The translations under genes were made by a program, and so were the position numbers. The notes under the pieces were generated by a model that worked only from the letters and a program-made list of their open reading frames with translations, was not told the origin of the DNA and did no database searches. Below, piece after piece: positions 11,083 through 22,850 of a stretch of DNA of 64,000 nt (its first letter is position 1; each line of letters begins with the position of its first letter). Source of the stretch: Bigelowiella natans CCMP2755 (taxonomy: Eukaryota > Protista > Cercozoa); assembly GCA_000320545.1 (NCBI GenBank), contig ADNK01000979.1:1-64000 (forward strand), written 5' to 3'.

Positions 11083-13557
11083 ATGGATCCTACGGCTGCA
11101 GCTGATACACGTAACTCTCCATCTAACGACCAGCCGGCTGTGGCACTTTCTCCAGAGCAGCTTCCTCTCACGTTGGAGGGGGTGGTGACGCAACTAAAGG
11201 AACTTCAATTGGAAATTCAAGCTCTCAAAGAGGAAATCACAACTCTGAAACAAGAGAATGCAAAGCTCAAGAAGGAGGAGAAAGATTCTTCTTTTTATAA
11301 TGTGGATAGTGACGATGATGAGGATGGAGCCTACGATGTGTATCGGGATAGCAATGTTTACACGAGTTCAAACCTTCATTCTCCTGAAGTGAAGAAAAAG
11401 AGGGAAATCGGCAATCGGTTCATGTTCAAGTTCTCCGACATCAACGTCTTGAAAAAAATTGGAAAAGGCAATTTTGCCACGGCGCATGAGATCTGCTTCG
11501 AAAATGACAACAAAAAGCATTATGTGTTGAAAAAACCGACGAAGAAGGCCAAGTTGGACGATTTTAAAATCGAGATGATGGGGCTGATGAATGCCCAGGG
11601 CCAGGAAAACATCCTCAAGTTCATCGGCATCGTCTCCTCTCCAGGCGGTCAGGAATGTTTCGTAACCGAATTCTGCGCACTTGGGAGTCTTGACAAGCTT
11701 CACCACACAATCGATCTCACTCAACCCGAGCACTTCTGGAGAATCGCAGCGGGACTCCTGGCAGGGATCGAACATCTTCATCACAACAACTACATCCACA
11801 GAGACCTCGCTTGCCGCAATGTGTTGATGACAGATACCTTGGAGGTGCGCATTTCTGATTTTGGATTGGCTGTGCATGCTCCCACGGGAGAACACAAGAG
11901 CAAACTGGAGGAACAGCTTCCGTGGCCGTGGATGCATCCTAAGACCTTGGCGACACGCGACCGGGTTTTCACACCTAAATCGGACCTTTGGGCTCTAGGA
12001 GTGACCTTGTGGGAGTTGCTAACAAAGGGCGCAAAACCTTACGGACTTGAGCGGAAGTTGATACCGGGCATCATCAAAGGAACTGTGACTCTTGAAATCC
12101 CGAAGATGTGGGATGGAACACCAATCGGTCACTACGTGAGCGCCTACATCGGGAGAAGGGAAGGGGATGGTGTTGATGACGACAGTGATGATAGTGTTGA
12201 TGACGACAGTCATGATGGTGATGATGACGACAGTCATGATGGTGATGATGACGACAGTCATCATCATGACAGTCATTATGGTGTTGATGATGATGCGATC
12301 AAGACTCCTCTCATCTGGGCAATGAAGAATGGCAAGACCAACACGACAAAGCTCTTGATCGAGAAGGGGATAAATCTCGAGGCGAACGACGAGGAGGGCA
12401 AAACCCCTCTCATCTTGGCAAGCAAATGGGGGCAAGTCGACACCGCAAAGCTCTTGATCGAAAAGGGCGCAAATCTCGGGGCGAACGACGAGGAGGGCAA
12501 AACTCCTCTCATTTGGGCGAGCGAATGTGGGCAAGTCTACACCGCAAAGCTCTTGATCGAAAAGGGCGCAAATCTCGGGGCGAACGACGAGGTGGGCAAA
12601 ACCCCTCTCATTTGGGCGAGCAAATGTGGGCAAGTCGACACTGCAAAGCTCTTGATCGAGAAGGGGGCCAACATCGAGGCGAAAGATGATGGTGACAAGT
12701 CCTCTCTCCACTGGGTGAGCAGTGTCGACATCGCAAAGCTTTTGATTGAGAACAAAGCAAACCTCGAGGCGAAAGACACAAGCGGCAAAACCCCTCTCAT
12801 TTGTGCATGTGATGGAGGCAAGATCGAGATCGCAAAGCTCTTCATTGAGAGGGGGGCAAAGATCGATGACCTGACTCTGCATTTGGCATGCCGTGGGGGT
12901 CTCACAGAGTTTGCAAAACTCCTGATTGAGAAGGGAGAAGACCTCGAGTCGATGGATGTGAATGGCAACACCCCTCTCCTCCGTGCAGCGGAAGATGGTC
13001 TCACGGAAGTCGCAAACCTCTTGATCGAAAAAGGAGCAAATCTCGAGGCAAAAGAAGACGAATTCGGTAGCACTCCTCTCGACACTGCAATTTACCATGG
13101 TCACACCGACATTGCAAAGCTGTTAATTGAGAAGAGGGTGAACCTGGAGGTCAAAGACATCATGGGTCATACCTGTCTTGCCATGGCAATTAACAACGGT
13201 CACACGGAGGTTGCAAAGCTCTTGGTCGAGAAGAAGGCAAACCTCGAGACGAGAGACAACGATGATCAAACTCCTCTCTTCGCAGCATGCACATCATTTC
13301 GAGACGCAACCGACATGGTACAGCTTTTGATTGACAAGAATGCAAACCTCGAGGCCAAAGACAAAAGGGGCACAACCCCTCTCATCCATGCAAGTTGGCG
13401 TGGCCACACGGACACTGCAAAGCTCTTGATCGAGAATGGAGCAGATTTGTTTGTCAAGTGCAACAACGGAAAGACGGCTCTAGATTGGGCGCAAGAGTTG
13501 GGCAAAGAGGACGTGGTGAAGCTGTTGGAGCTGCACATGAACAAGATGGAAAGTTAA
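11083..13557 (+). CDS. Coiled-coil + tyrosine-kinase-like domain + ~12 ankyrin repeats, intronless
   Basis: GKGNFA, YVLKK, HRDLACRN, DFGL, LPWPWMHPK and SDLWALGVTLWELLT. D/H-rich linker, then repeated GKTPLIWAS..G....AKLLIEKGANLEA units. Confidence 0.9.
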   Translation: MDPTAAADTRNSPSNDQPAVALSPEQLPLTLEGVVTQLKELQLEIQALKEEITTLKQENAKLKKEEKDSSFYNVDSDDDEDGAYDVYRDSNVYTSSNLHSPEVKKKREIGNRFMFKFSDINVLKKIGKGNFATAHEICFENDNKKHYVLKKPTKKAKLDDFKIEMMGLMNAQGQENILKFIGIVSSPGGQECFVTEFCALGSLDKLHHTIDLTQPEHFWRIAAGLLAGIEHLHHNNYIHRDLACRNVLMTDTLEVRISDFGLAVHAPTGEHKSKLEEQLPWPWMHPKTLATRDRVFTPKSDLWALGVTLWELLTKGAKPYGLERKLIPGIIKGTVTLEIPKMWDGTPIGHYVSAYIGRREGDGVDDDSDDSVDDDSHDGDDDDSHDGDDDDSHHHDSHYGVDDDAIKTPLIWAMKNGKTNTTKLLIEKGINLEANDEEGKTPLILASKWGQVDTAKLLIEKGANLGANDEEGKTPLIWASECGQVYTAKLLIEKGANLGANDEVGKTPLIWASKCGQVDTAKLLIEKGANIEAKDDGDKSSLHWVSSVDIAKLLIENKANLEAKDTSGKTPLICACDGGKIEIAKLFIERGAKIDDLTLHLACRGGLTEFAKLLIEKGEDLESMDVNGNTPLLRAAEDGLTEVANLLIEKGANLEAKEDEFGSTPLDTAIYHGHTDIAKLLIEKRVNLEVKDIMGHTCLAMAINNGHTEVAKLLVEKKANLETRDNDDQTPLFAACTSFRDATDMVQLLIDKNANLEAKDKRGTTPLIHASWRGHTDTAKLLIENGADLFVKCNNGKTALDWAQELGKEDVVKLLELHMNKMES

Positions 13558-14213
13558 AATGCACGACTGATCTGCCCATGCATGTGCGGATGACAGACAT
13601 GCAATATGATGTATGTACATATGCACATGTGTTTACATGCACATGCACACATACATACACAATGTGCATACCACATTGCTGTGTCCATCATCATGCAGGC
13701 CGTCTAGCCGTGGCCCGCCATCGCGCGCGCATTGCTAGATTGTGCATGCACCGATGCGACTCAACAAATGGCAGGCGCGCATTGTTTGGATTGCGTATGT
13801 CTATAGTTCAAAGGCATAACGTACGCAACAAAACAGCGGCGCGCGCACGCGCAAATGTTGACAAAAATGAGGCACGTGCGCGCATGGGGGCCGCGGCCTG
13901 CCTGAGGGTGTCCATGCTTTGCACATATTCCCTAACGTAGTCGTTGCTGCACTGCTAGCTAGCTAGACTGTGACACGTGCGTGCCAGGCTTTGCTGCTGC
14001 ATGTACGTGAGTGGTCGGTCGTGGCTGGAATGATCAGCGCTACTTATCAATGTGCACGCGTACGTAGGCACGCTAATTGGTAATGCATATTGCGGGCGGC
14101 CAAAAAGCGAAGCACTGTGTCCACGGCTGTTCATGCTGATGATGTTCGTGCTTTTCCTTGCTGTTTTATCTAATCTACATTACAATTGACAAGTATTGCA
14201 CGCGCAAACTGTC

Positions 14214-14399
14214 AGCTTATAGGGACATATATGTCCCTATACGTGTATGCCATTTACTACATGTGTACATCACATACTTCACATGTACCCATGTGTGGAT
14301 GTGAACAGTACATGTGCACTTTTTAGGCACATGTGGTGTGCATGGGTACATGTGTTCCTTACGCGTACACGTATAGGGACATATATGTCCCTATAAGCT
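14214..14399. mobile_element. MITE-like fold-back element (186 bp)
   Basis: Perfect 34-bp inverted repeats AGCTTATAGGGACATATATGTCCCTATACGTGTA at 14214-14247 and 14366-14399. Inner 14-bp inverted repeat at 14280-14293 and 14341-14354. Confidence 0.8.
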
Positions 14400-14818
14400 A
14401 TGCACGCATACTGCTATACTAGCATAGCGAATGAATGCGTACATTGCAATGCATTCGATTCGTACCGGTACCTGCATACGCTCTTCAGATCTAAAGTTCT
14501 AATAAGGTGTGCATGCATCATTCATTCATTTATACGCTGTAGCTACATTAGGATGATAATTGAACACCTTTAACTTATTCTAGTATTCATTACATCCGTC
14601 TCATATAGCTAGCTGCTGCACGGCACATGTAGTCATGCATGAGCTGTCCAGGCGTGCAGTATCGTCACTAAAAGGTGCTTGCTGTGAAATGTGAAGATCG
14701 CCACCATTTACTTACTTTCCAGGGTATGTGATGCTGCTGTTGCTGTCTATCCTCTTATATATACAGTTTCAATAGCTAGATCGGTTTCCCTCCCCTCTTC
14801 TTGCCGCTGTCACCATAC

Positions 14819-16852
14819 TCAGCGAAATCCCGGGCGATTCAACAATTTCGTCGGTCGCTTGCTAAGATCTGTGCTTCTTTTCGGGGGACTGTAAAGGCTA
14901 TGAAGTTTCCTTCGAGTTTCTAGTGGCGTACACTTCTTCGCCAGCTTACTTTTTTCTTGTCTACCTATGCTTTGAAGATCGTCACTCCCGTGAATTTCTC
15001 CATTAAATCTGTATCTATTCGTGCCTTTGGACACCCTGGAAGAAAACGCTGGGCGATCCCGTATGGCGTTTTTGAGAGTCTCCTTGTCTATCTGAGCCTG
15101 CACACCTGTAAAACTAGAGCTCTCTGCCAATTCCCTCATGGCTCGCTTCTTGTGCCGCCTCATCAATCTCAGGCTCGTCTCTGCTTTCAGCGCGCGTAGC
15201 TTATACGCCGAGAGCTCCTCACGAGTTCGCATCATTAGTCTTAACTTCTGTTTCCGCAGTTTTTTGGTCAGAGCCAGCTCTTTCTCCATCGTCTCTTTCA
15301 TTCTATCAAATTCGCTCCACAAGTGCTCTAAGACCGATCCAGAGCTGCTACTATCAACCGCTGCTGCGTACATTGCTGTAAGGTCGAAAGGCTCGTCAAA
15401 CTGCGTTGTTCCGTCGCTCGATGATATCCCAACGTCCTCCAGTTTAGGTTCACCATACATTGTCTTTCGGCCTGCTTCCTCAACTTCATCTTCATCCTCT
15501 TGATCATCTTCGCCATTGTCACTGTCATACGATTTACTGATATTGAGCTTCAGCACAGGGATGCTTTGCTCTCCCTCTTGGCTGCTGACATCGGTATTTT
15601 TCTTGTTGTCAACATGATGAGGAGGAGCCTGTGGAACTACTACCGGCGCTGAGCGGTTATTTTCTACACTTTCTCTCGGAACTTCTTTCACTTTGTGTTC
15701 TTCGTCTCTACTACTACTACTACTACTACTACTACTCTCCCGTTGTGCGGCAGTAGCTTGGTTGATAATATAAGCATCATTCCCATCTGAATTCCCTCCT
15801 TTCGTCTCTTCTTCTTTTTCTTCTCCTTCTTCTTTTTCTTCTCCTTGCTCATCTTCTTCTGCTTCCTCTGGATTCGGTGTATCCTCTTCGAGAAGCGGCT
15901 GGTCCTTGCCGTGTGGTTCTTTTGAATCTACTATCAAATTTACCGATGATGATTTTTGTTCTATACCTCCATGATGCCGTTGAACATTGCTGACTGCCTC
16001 CTCTACTTGCTCCTCCTCTTCCTTCTCCTCTTCTGCCGCCGTCTTCGCCTCTTGAGCATTGCTATCCGCATGCTCTGGAGGTTTTGAAACATTACCATCT
16101 GCTACAAGTTTTACTTCTTCATGCTGATTTTCAGACGCGAAATCAGAATCAACCATGTACGGAGTCGCATCAGATTGCTCATCGAGCTCATCATGCACAT
16201 CTTTCGCCGCAGTATTTTCTAATGACTTCTCTTCATCGTTAATCTTCTGGGCTTCGGTCAGTTCTTGTTGTTGTCCTTGGTTCCGTGCATTGGGTTGGGC
16301 ATCCTCTTCCTCTCGAGCAGATTTTCCATCCATCTCGCTGCCTGATTTGCTCTTGATGAGTGAATGTTGGTCCTCTCCTTCTTCCGGAATGGTATCGAGC
16401 TCATTCATTTCGTCTGTAAGATCCGAACTATCGTCATCGTCTAGTTCATCATCTTTATTGTCTTCGGATCTTTCAGCTAATCCAGCGTGTTGGTTCTTCT
16501 TACCATCATCGCTATCACCGTCGGCATGGCTGTTGTTGTTGTTGTTGTTGTTGTTGTCAGTGGTTCGAGCCTGCTTCCCTTCGTGTTGCTGCTCCTGCTG
16601 CAGATTAGATTCTAGAGCGTTGGCCATATGTTCAAGATTGAGGGAATCATCAACGGCCACATCTCCATCATCGTTCTCCAATTCCCCTTCCGCTACTTCG
16701 TCTATCATTACATCGTCAACATCAACATCGAGGCCGTCAACATCAAGATCAAGCCCGTCTACGTCAAGATCATCCATATGTAGATTGTCAAGATCAAGTT
16801 CATCGAGCCGAGGATCGTCGACATCTAAATCGGCGAGCATATCATTCTCCAT
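14819..16852 (-). CDS. Acidic low-complexity protein with C-terminal coiled coil, unknown function
   Basis: 677-aa ATG-initiated ORF, D/E-rich, with heptad region LWSEFDRMKETMEKELALTKKLRKQKLRL. Confidence 0.75.
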   Translation of the reverse strand: MENDMLADLDVDDPRLDELDLDNLHMDDLDVDGLDLDVDGLDVDVDDVMIDEVAEGELENDDGDVAVDDSLNLEHMANALESNLQQEQQHEGKQARTTDNNNNNNNNSHADGDSDDGKKNQHAGLAERSEDNKDDELDDDDSSDLTDEMNELDTIPEEGEDQHSLIKSKSGSEMDGKSAREEEDAQPNARNQGQQQELTEAQKINDEEKSLENTAAKDVHDELDEQSDATPYMVDSDFASENQHEEVKLVADGNVSKPPEHADSNAQEAKTAAEEEKEEEEQVEEAVSNVQRHHGGIEQKSSSVNLIVDSKEPHGKDQPLLEEDTPNPEEAEEDEQGEEKEEGEEKEEETKGGNSDGNDAYIINQATAAQRESSSSSSSSSRDEEHKVKEVPRESVENNRSAPVVVPQAPPHHVDNKKNTDVSSQEGEQSIPVLKLNISKSYDSDNGEDDQEDEDEVEEAGRKTMYGEPKLEDVGISSSDGTTQFDEPFDLTAMYAAAVDSSSSGSVLEHLWSEFDRMKETMEKELALTKKLRKQKLRLMMRTREELSAYKLRALKAETSLRLMRRHKKRAMRELAESSSFTGVQAQIDKETLKNAIRDRPAFSSRVSKGTNRYRFNGEIHGSDDLQSIGRQEKSKLAKKCTPLETRRKLHSLYSPPKRSTDLSKRPTKLLNRPGFR

Positions 16853-17159
16853 GTTCTCGGCTGCCGTCGAGGGTTGGGGGGGGAGGAAGCGTTTTCACTC
16901 AGAATGCCGCCCCAACCAGAGGGATATTTCAGAATTATTCAGAAGAAAGCACCAGCAATTCTATCGTACGTCATGCATACTCTGATGTCGCAATTAACAA
17001 ACGAAATGACATCTCTGTATAAAAATAGCCACTATTTACATCTTGCGACATTCCAAAATATGATTTAAAAGCAGCAGCACGAGCCTTTGGGTAGAACTCG
17101 TGCGAAGAAAGCACCGAATCTATGCTTCACGTTCCCCCCCCACAACTACTGCTGCCCAG

Positions 17160-17472
17160 ATGAGTATGAGGGGTCACTGGTACTCCCTGGTGTTGATCAG
17201 CTGCGTTTTATCTTCAGTCGCTGCCGTTGAGGACGACGACGACGCTACTCAGGAGTTGAGGGGCATTTCCAATTCGCAGGAAGAGCAGCTTCGATTCTAC
17301 TCTGCAGATCCCTTTCAATGTCGTGATGGGACCATCTTACCTGTAGGGAAGCTAGTCAACGATGACTACTGCGACTGTCCCGATGGAAGCGACGAGCCAG
17401 GAACTTCAGCTTGCGCTGGTATACGCTCCTCCTCCGAGGAAGCTGCACCGCCACCATCGCCTCTCTTTGTAT

Positions 17473-17508
<36 letters not shown>

Positions 17509-18113
17509 CCCTCTCAGTAGAAAGAACCACGATCCCCGTCAGCATGGTGGATGATGGCGTGTGTGACTGTTGTGACGGAAGCGACGAGAAAGGGGTGAAA
17601 TGCCAAGATTCGTGTGGAGCAATGGCTAGGTTAAAAACGGATGCTGAGCAAAAGCAGCAAGTACTTCGGAACAATTGGATAAGGAAGAAAGAAACGGTCT
17701 GCCCACAACCCCCTTTGCATTCGCTAATCGATTAATGTAGGAGGAGGATGGAGGAGGGTTACCCTCTCGTCCATTATATTTTGTATGGCTTCTTAGGTCC
17801 TCCAGATAGCTGCAAACGTGAAAGGTGCGTTGGAACAGCAGCAGGCTGAGATTTTGAGTGCTGGCCGCAAAATCATGGAGGTGGCAAAGGGGATGCAAAA
17901 GTAGTAGTAGTAGTAGTAGTAGTAATAGTAGTAAACGATGATAATGATGATGATAACACATACCAGCACATACCATAAACATTAGATACACATATGCACA
18001 GACATACGCACACACACACACACACATAGAGAGAGAGAGAGAGAGAGAGGAGGACAGTTTCCCGGGGGCGGGGGGAGAGGGGAGGGGAAGGGGGAGAGAG
18101 GTATCCGAGCACA

Positions 18114-18158
<45 letters not shown>

Positions 18159-19100
18159 ACACACATGACATGCATGTATATAACTTTACGTTACACACGC
18201 GATAGGTCAATCTGTAGTTCACTTTGCGGAAATATTTGTATGTGTATTTCTTTCCTCTTCTTCTTCTCCTTCTCCTTATTATTATTCAAATGGTAGTTCC
18301 GCAGCCAGATTCCAGGCACAACAAAAGATTCAAGAACTTAGGCAGCGATTGCAGATGACGGCTATGCTGTTGAAGATGGACCTTGGTAGTAGAAGTAGTA
18401 GCAGAAGTATTAGTAGTTTGTGTAGTGGTACTTTACATTATTTACATGACGTATGTCGAAGTAACATGAGTAAGGAGTACAGCGAGTGATATTGTCAAGC
18501 TCTGAAAGATGGCAAATCTATATTGTTGTATAAAAGAATCATCAGCATTTTCGCCTTCTCACGGTCTCACGAATTCATTTTAATTTTCATAAAAGCGTTC
18601 TTATCTTTACACGGACAATTATCGATATCGTTTCTTGCTTTAATAGTACCTGTTCTTCAACGGAAATGAGTGCTTCCTTACACACATTGCATACTTTACG
18701 CTGCTGTAATTGATAGGCCCTCATTTAGCAAGCGTACAAAAGTGTATTACCTCTGACCCAATTAGCGAAAAACTCTTCGCTGGAGGCTCCAAGGTGTATC
18801 ATCGAGATTCCGATTTAAAGAAAACGCCGATGATCTTTAGTTGGTTAGCCCATTTTGCATCTGTCATGAGACCGCATTCGTGGGCGTTTTAAATATCGTC
18901 AAGATTTTCTTGAAACAACACATTTACTCCGTTCCGTTCTTCATTGACACGTATTGTTCAGAGCTATGTTGCGAAGGAGTACGTCTTTATTTACTGCCCG
19001 TTTCGACACGTGGTAAGCTATGATTTCTCTTTGATTGTAGAATAATGGAGGTGACAGACCGTGACATGCATCAGATGCTGCCGATAGTTCCGATCTTATT

Positions 19101-19150
<50 letters not shown>

Positions 19151-20537
19151 TTTTCCATCATCATTACTTTCGTCGCCATTATCATCAAATCGAAACACGT
19201 CCTCCTCCCTCCCCATCCATAACAATCCAGCTGCAGAGGGCGGTGAAGCCGCGAGAGTGGGTAATCGCCAATTGCATGGCACGGATGGGAGCTCGGCCTA
19301 ACTCCGACGAGGAAAGGATTTGCCATGCAGAAGGTGACAGGGCAATCGATGTGCTTCCTCTCATTGACCACACCGGAAAGATTCCACTCAAAGACAGTGA
19401 CGAGGAGGAAGAGGAGTTTACTGTGAAGGCGCAGAAAGCAAGAAGTAGGAGAGCGAAAAGGCTCGAGGCGGAGAGAAAAAAGGGAGAGAAGTCCCCTCCG
19501 ACGTTATTGGGTGTATGGATGAGCGATAGATGGGGCAAGAACAGCTCCAATCAAAGTGTGGAATATGCTATTTTCCAGGTACTAATTAACAGCTAGATGG
19601 TAGTAGTAGCGGTAGTAGCAGTTAGTAGTTACAAAAGATTAGAAGGAGATATAATCGGAGCAGTTTCACGAAAAACTTTTAAGTCACGCGATGTATTCTG
19701 TGACGACGTGGATTTCTGTAGCATGATTAGAATCACTGTCTTTTGCTTCCTTCCTTCTCTTTAGTGTTGATTTTTGGCGTGAAACCGGGGACAACGTGCA
19801 TTGTCGTCATGTTATTCTTATTACTATACCGTTCTGCGGTTTCTGCTCAGGATCAGCGAAGCCCGTGCGAAAACGGTGTATATCGCACTGTAAATGTGTC
19901 TTTGGAGTGCGGCTTGGTATCGAAACAATGAAGCTGCTGATGCTGATGCTGCTGAGTGCTAAATCATTGCGATGATGATAATGATGATAATGATGATGAT
20001 GATAATAATGATAATGAGTCGAAAGTCTTGTTCGATCAATTCAATCAATAGAATGCAGTAGATTTTTGCGTGCTACTACCCAAAATTCTTTTCTTGACCT
20101 ACTACCGACATGGCCGTAGTAGCACCCCAAGCTGGTAGTAGGTGTGAATTTAACAATCTGCCGATTTGAACGGCAGAGCTAATTTCGTTTGGCATGTGTT
20201 CTGATGTGTGGCGCAGGATGAGGTCATCACCAAGGTCACTGAAAACGGAATGTGTCAGTACGGAATCACCGTGGAGACACTAGCAGCGTGCCATTCGCTC
20301 TTCCCTAACTCTCCGAATGTGATGGGAGGAGTGGACAAAATGCGTGGCGGGAGGAAAAAGCCTGCTTCTGGCGATGAGGACGACGAAGATGACGGAGCTG
20401 ATGATTGGGAAGAAGCTGCAAGGAGCGACGACGACGATGGCGATAACGACGACGATGGCGACTCTGGTGGCGACGCTGAGAATGAAGAAGATGATGAAGA
20501 TGAAGATGAGGGCTGGTTCGAGCACGATGAACTTTGA
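17160..20537 (+). CDS. Glucosidase II beta subunit (PRKCSH-like), multi-exon
   Basis: Signal peptide. Two LDLa-like motifs (NDDYCDCPDGSDEPGTSAC, DDGVCDCCDGSDE). MRH-type C-terminus (PCENGVYRTVNVSLECG...VTENGMCQY...T.AAC). Acidic tail ending HDEL. Confidence 0.9.
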
Positions 20538-21049
20538 GAGCTCATTACTCTCACTAAATAATCATGTAAGTACGTCATGAGAAGCGCACACGTAGCACTC
20601 TTGCTGCTGCCATGTATCGTAGCTTACATCGCGACTTACATCTTGGCATCGCTAGCTAGCTAGATCGGCGAGCCGTTGCTACGTCTATGGTACGTTATTA
20701 TTATTATTATTATTACGTTGCCTATTCTAGATAGATATGCGTGTGTAGGCAGCAGTAAATCTAGCTAGCTAGACATCGTATAGCTAGCGCGCCGACGACC
20801 GATGAAATATAATGTGCATTATCATGTAGTTAAGTCACGCAAGCTCAAAGAGAATCATTCGGCCATGCACGAATGCACGAACACACTGGCACAAAACAAG
20901 AGTTTGAGGACAGAGAGAGCAAATGCGCAGCATTGACTCTTGTATTCAAGCTATTCTACACTATTCATGCATGCAAACAATTAGACAAGCAGTGATGCGA
21001 TTGTCGCTGCTAAGCATCTGGACATAAGTACTAGAGTAGTCTACATCTG

Positions 21050-22816
21050 CTATGTGTTAGCCTCTGCCTTTCGCCAGGGTTCACACAACGCACGTACGAC
21101 ATGATTTGGACGCAATTTTGTCGATTTCAATGGTTCATTGGTTTGTGGGGACGTCTTATTGCCTCTCCGAAACCAGTCTTCTATCATTTCTCTTTCATAA
21201 GTGTGCCCGTCATCTAATGCATAAATTCACATTATTAACCAAGAATAACATCATCAGAACTACTATATCGAACAATGGTTGTAACCATGATTTAGATGCA
21301 CTGCCTGCCTGCCTGCTGCGATTAACCCCATGATATTTATATTTTGTGAAAGAAAAAGCCCCGCGATTTTTCATGCATGCTGTGTGTGACATGATATGCC
21401 AGCACCTGTGATGACCGGATCCTCGAATAACTCGGCTGAAAGAGAACAATACAGCTCTTGTGGAGGCTCCTCTGCTTTATCCTGATGAAGGAAACGCAGC
21501 TCAATAAATTCCAGAGATTTCAATATCAGTGACTCGTCGATGAGCATTCAAGAGTAATGACTAATGGATTCTACCCCCCAGCTTCCTCGTCAACCCCCTC
21601 GCAAAACCATCTGCACGAGGCGTTCTTTGCTGGGTCGATGCACGCGCAGCATATATCATGTGTCAAAGAATACGTAGTGTTTGGTATTACGTTTGATGGG
21701 TCTATTGAAGGGACTTTAAGATGCGAATCCTTCGTATTTTGGTCTGCATCTTTCTTCTTTTTCCCGTCGCTCGTCTCTTGTATCGTCATAGCACGATCGA
21801 TGACAGAGTTGATGTCCTTGACCTCCCCTTTCTCCTTCTTTATCTGCCTCATGCTAAGGATGATGTGTTCCTTTGAATAACCCATCATCAACGCCTGGTC
21901 CATCATTGTGTGCTCCTAGGAAAGAAAGGGGAGGGGGAGGCGTACGGCAAAAACGATTATGATGATGATGGTAATGATGATGATGATGGTGATGATGATG
22001 ATGGCGATGGTGATGATAGTGATGATGGTGATGATGATGATGGCGATGGTGATGATGATGATGATGGTGATGATGGTGATGATGGTGATGGCGATGATGA
22101 TGATGGTGATGATAGTACGGGTCTGAAGCAAAAAATTGCTATAAGCATCGGTTTCATTTCGCACATCAGCCGTCCTACCCTCCCCCCCGTTGTTCTATCT
22201 CCATATTCTCTATATTCTCCATCATACTGCTACCTTGACAGTAAACCCTGCGGTATCTAAGGCAGTACTTACTGAAGCAGCAGCAGCGCGTACGAGGCGG
22301 CTGCTTGTTATCGCCCCCTTCTTTGATTCTGTTTTTGCGCAACTACTACTACTACTTCTACTACTTCTTCTTCCGTCGTCTACCGAAGCAAATGCTGGGG
22401 GAAAGAAGAAGATGGTTATGTTAAAATGAGGAATTATGTTGGAAGATCTGGATATACATATTTATGATATGAATTGGGTGCGTAGCAATAAATCCTCAAA
22501 GATACACGATCGATGATATGTCAGATATAGTTAAACTAATCATCTACGAGGGAAGGGAAAAACGGAACATTGATTCATCACTAGGCAAGCTGATCATGTA
22601 CTTCTTCTTCTTCTTCTTCTACTACTACTACTTCTATTACAACTACTTAAGGCTACTATTACTACAACAACAACTACTACTACTACCACCACCACTACCT
22701 TTTTGAATTCTTTCAAGCAATACTTCAAGGTCACCCCGGGACAACGAATGACACTTGACCGAGGACTCAAAATGCCGCAAAACTACCTCGGCCTGTAGTA
22801 GTAGCAGCAGACAAAA

Positions 22817-22850
<34 letters not shown>

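Noticed and set aside
12019-13104. 361-aa antisense ORF over the ankyrin array
   Set aside because: Shadow ORF produced by repeats and scarcity of TA-containing stop codons.
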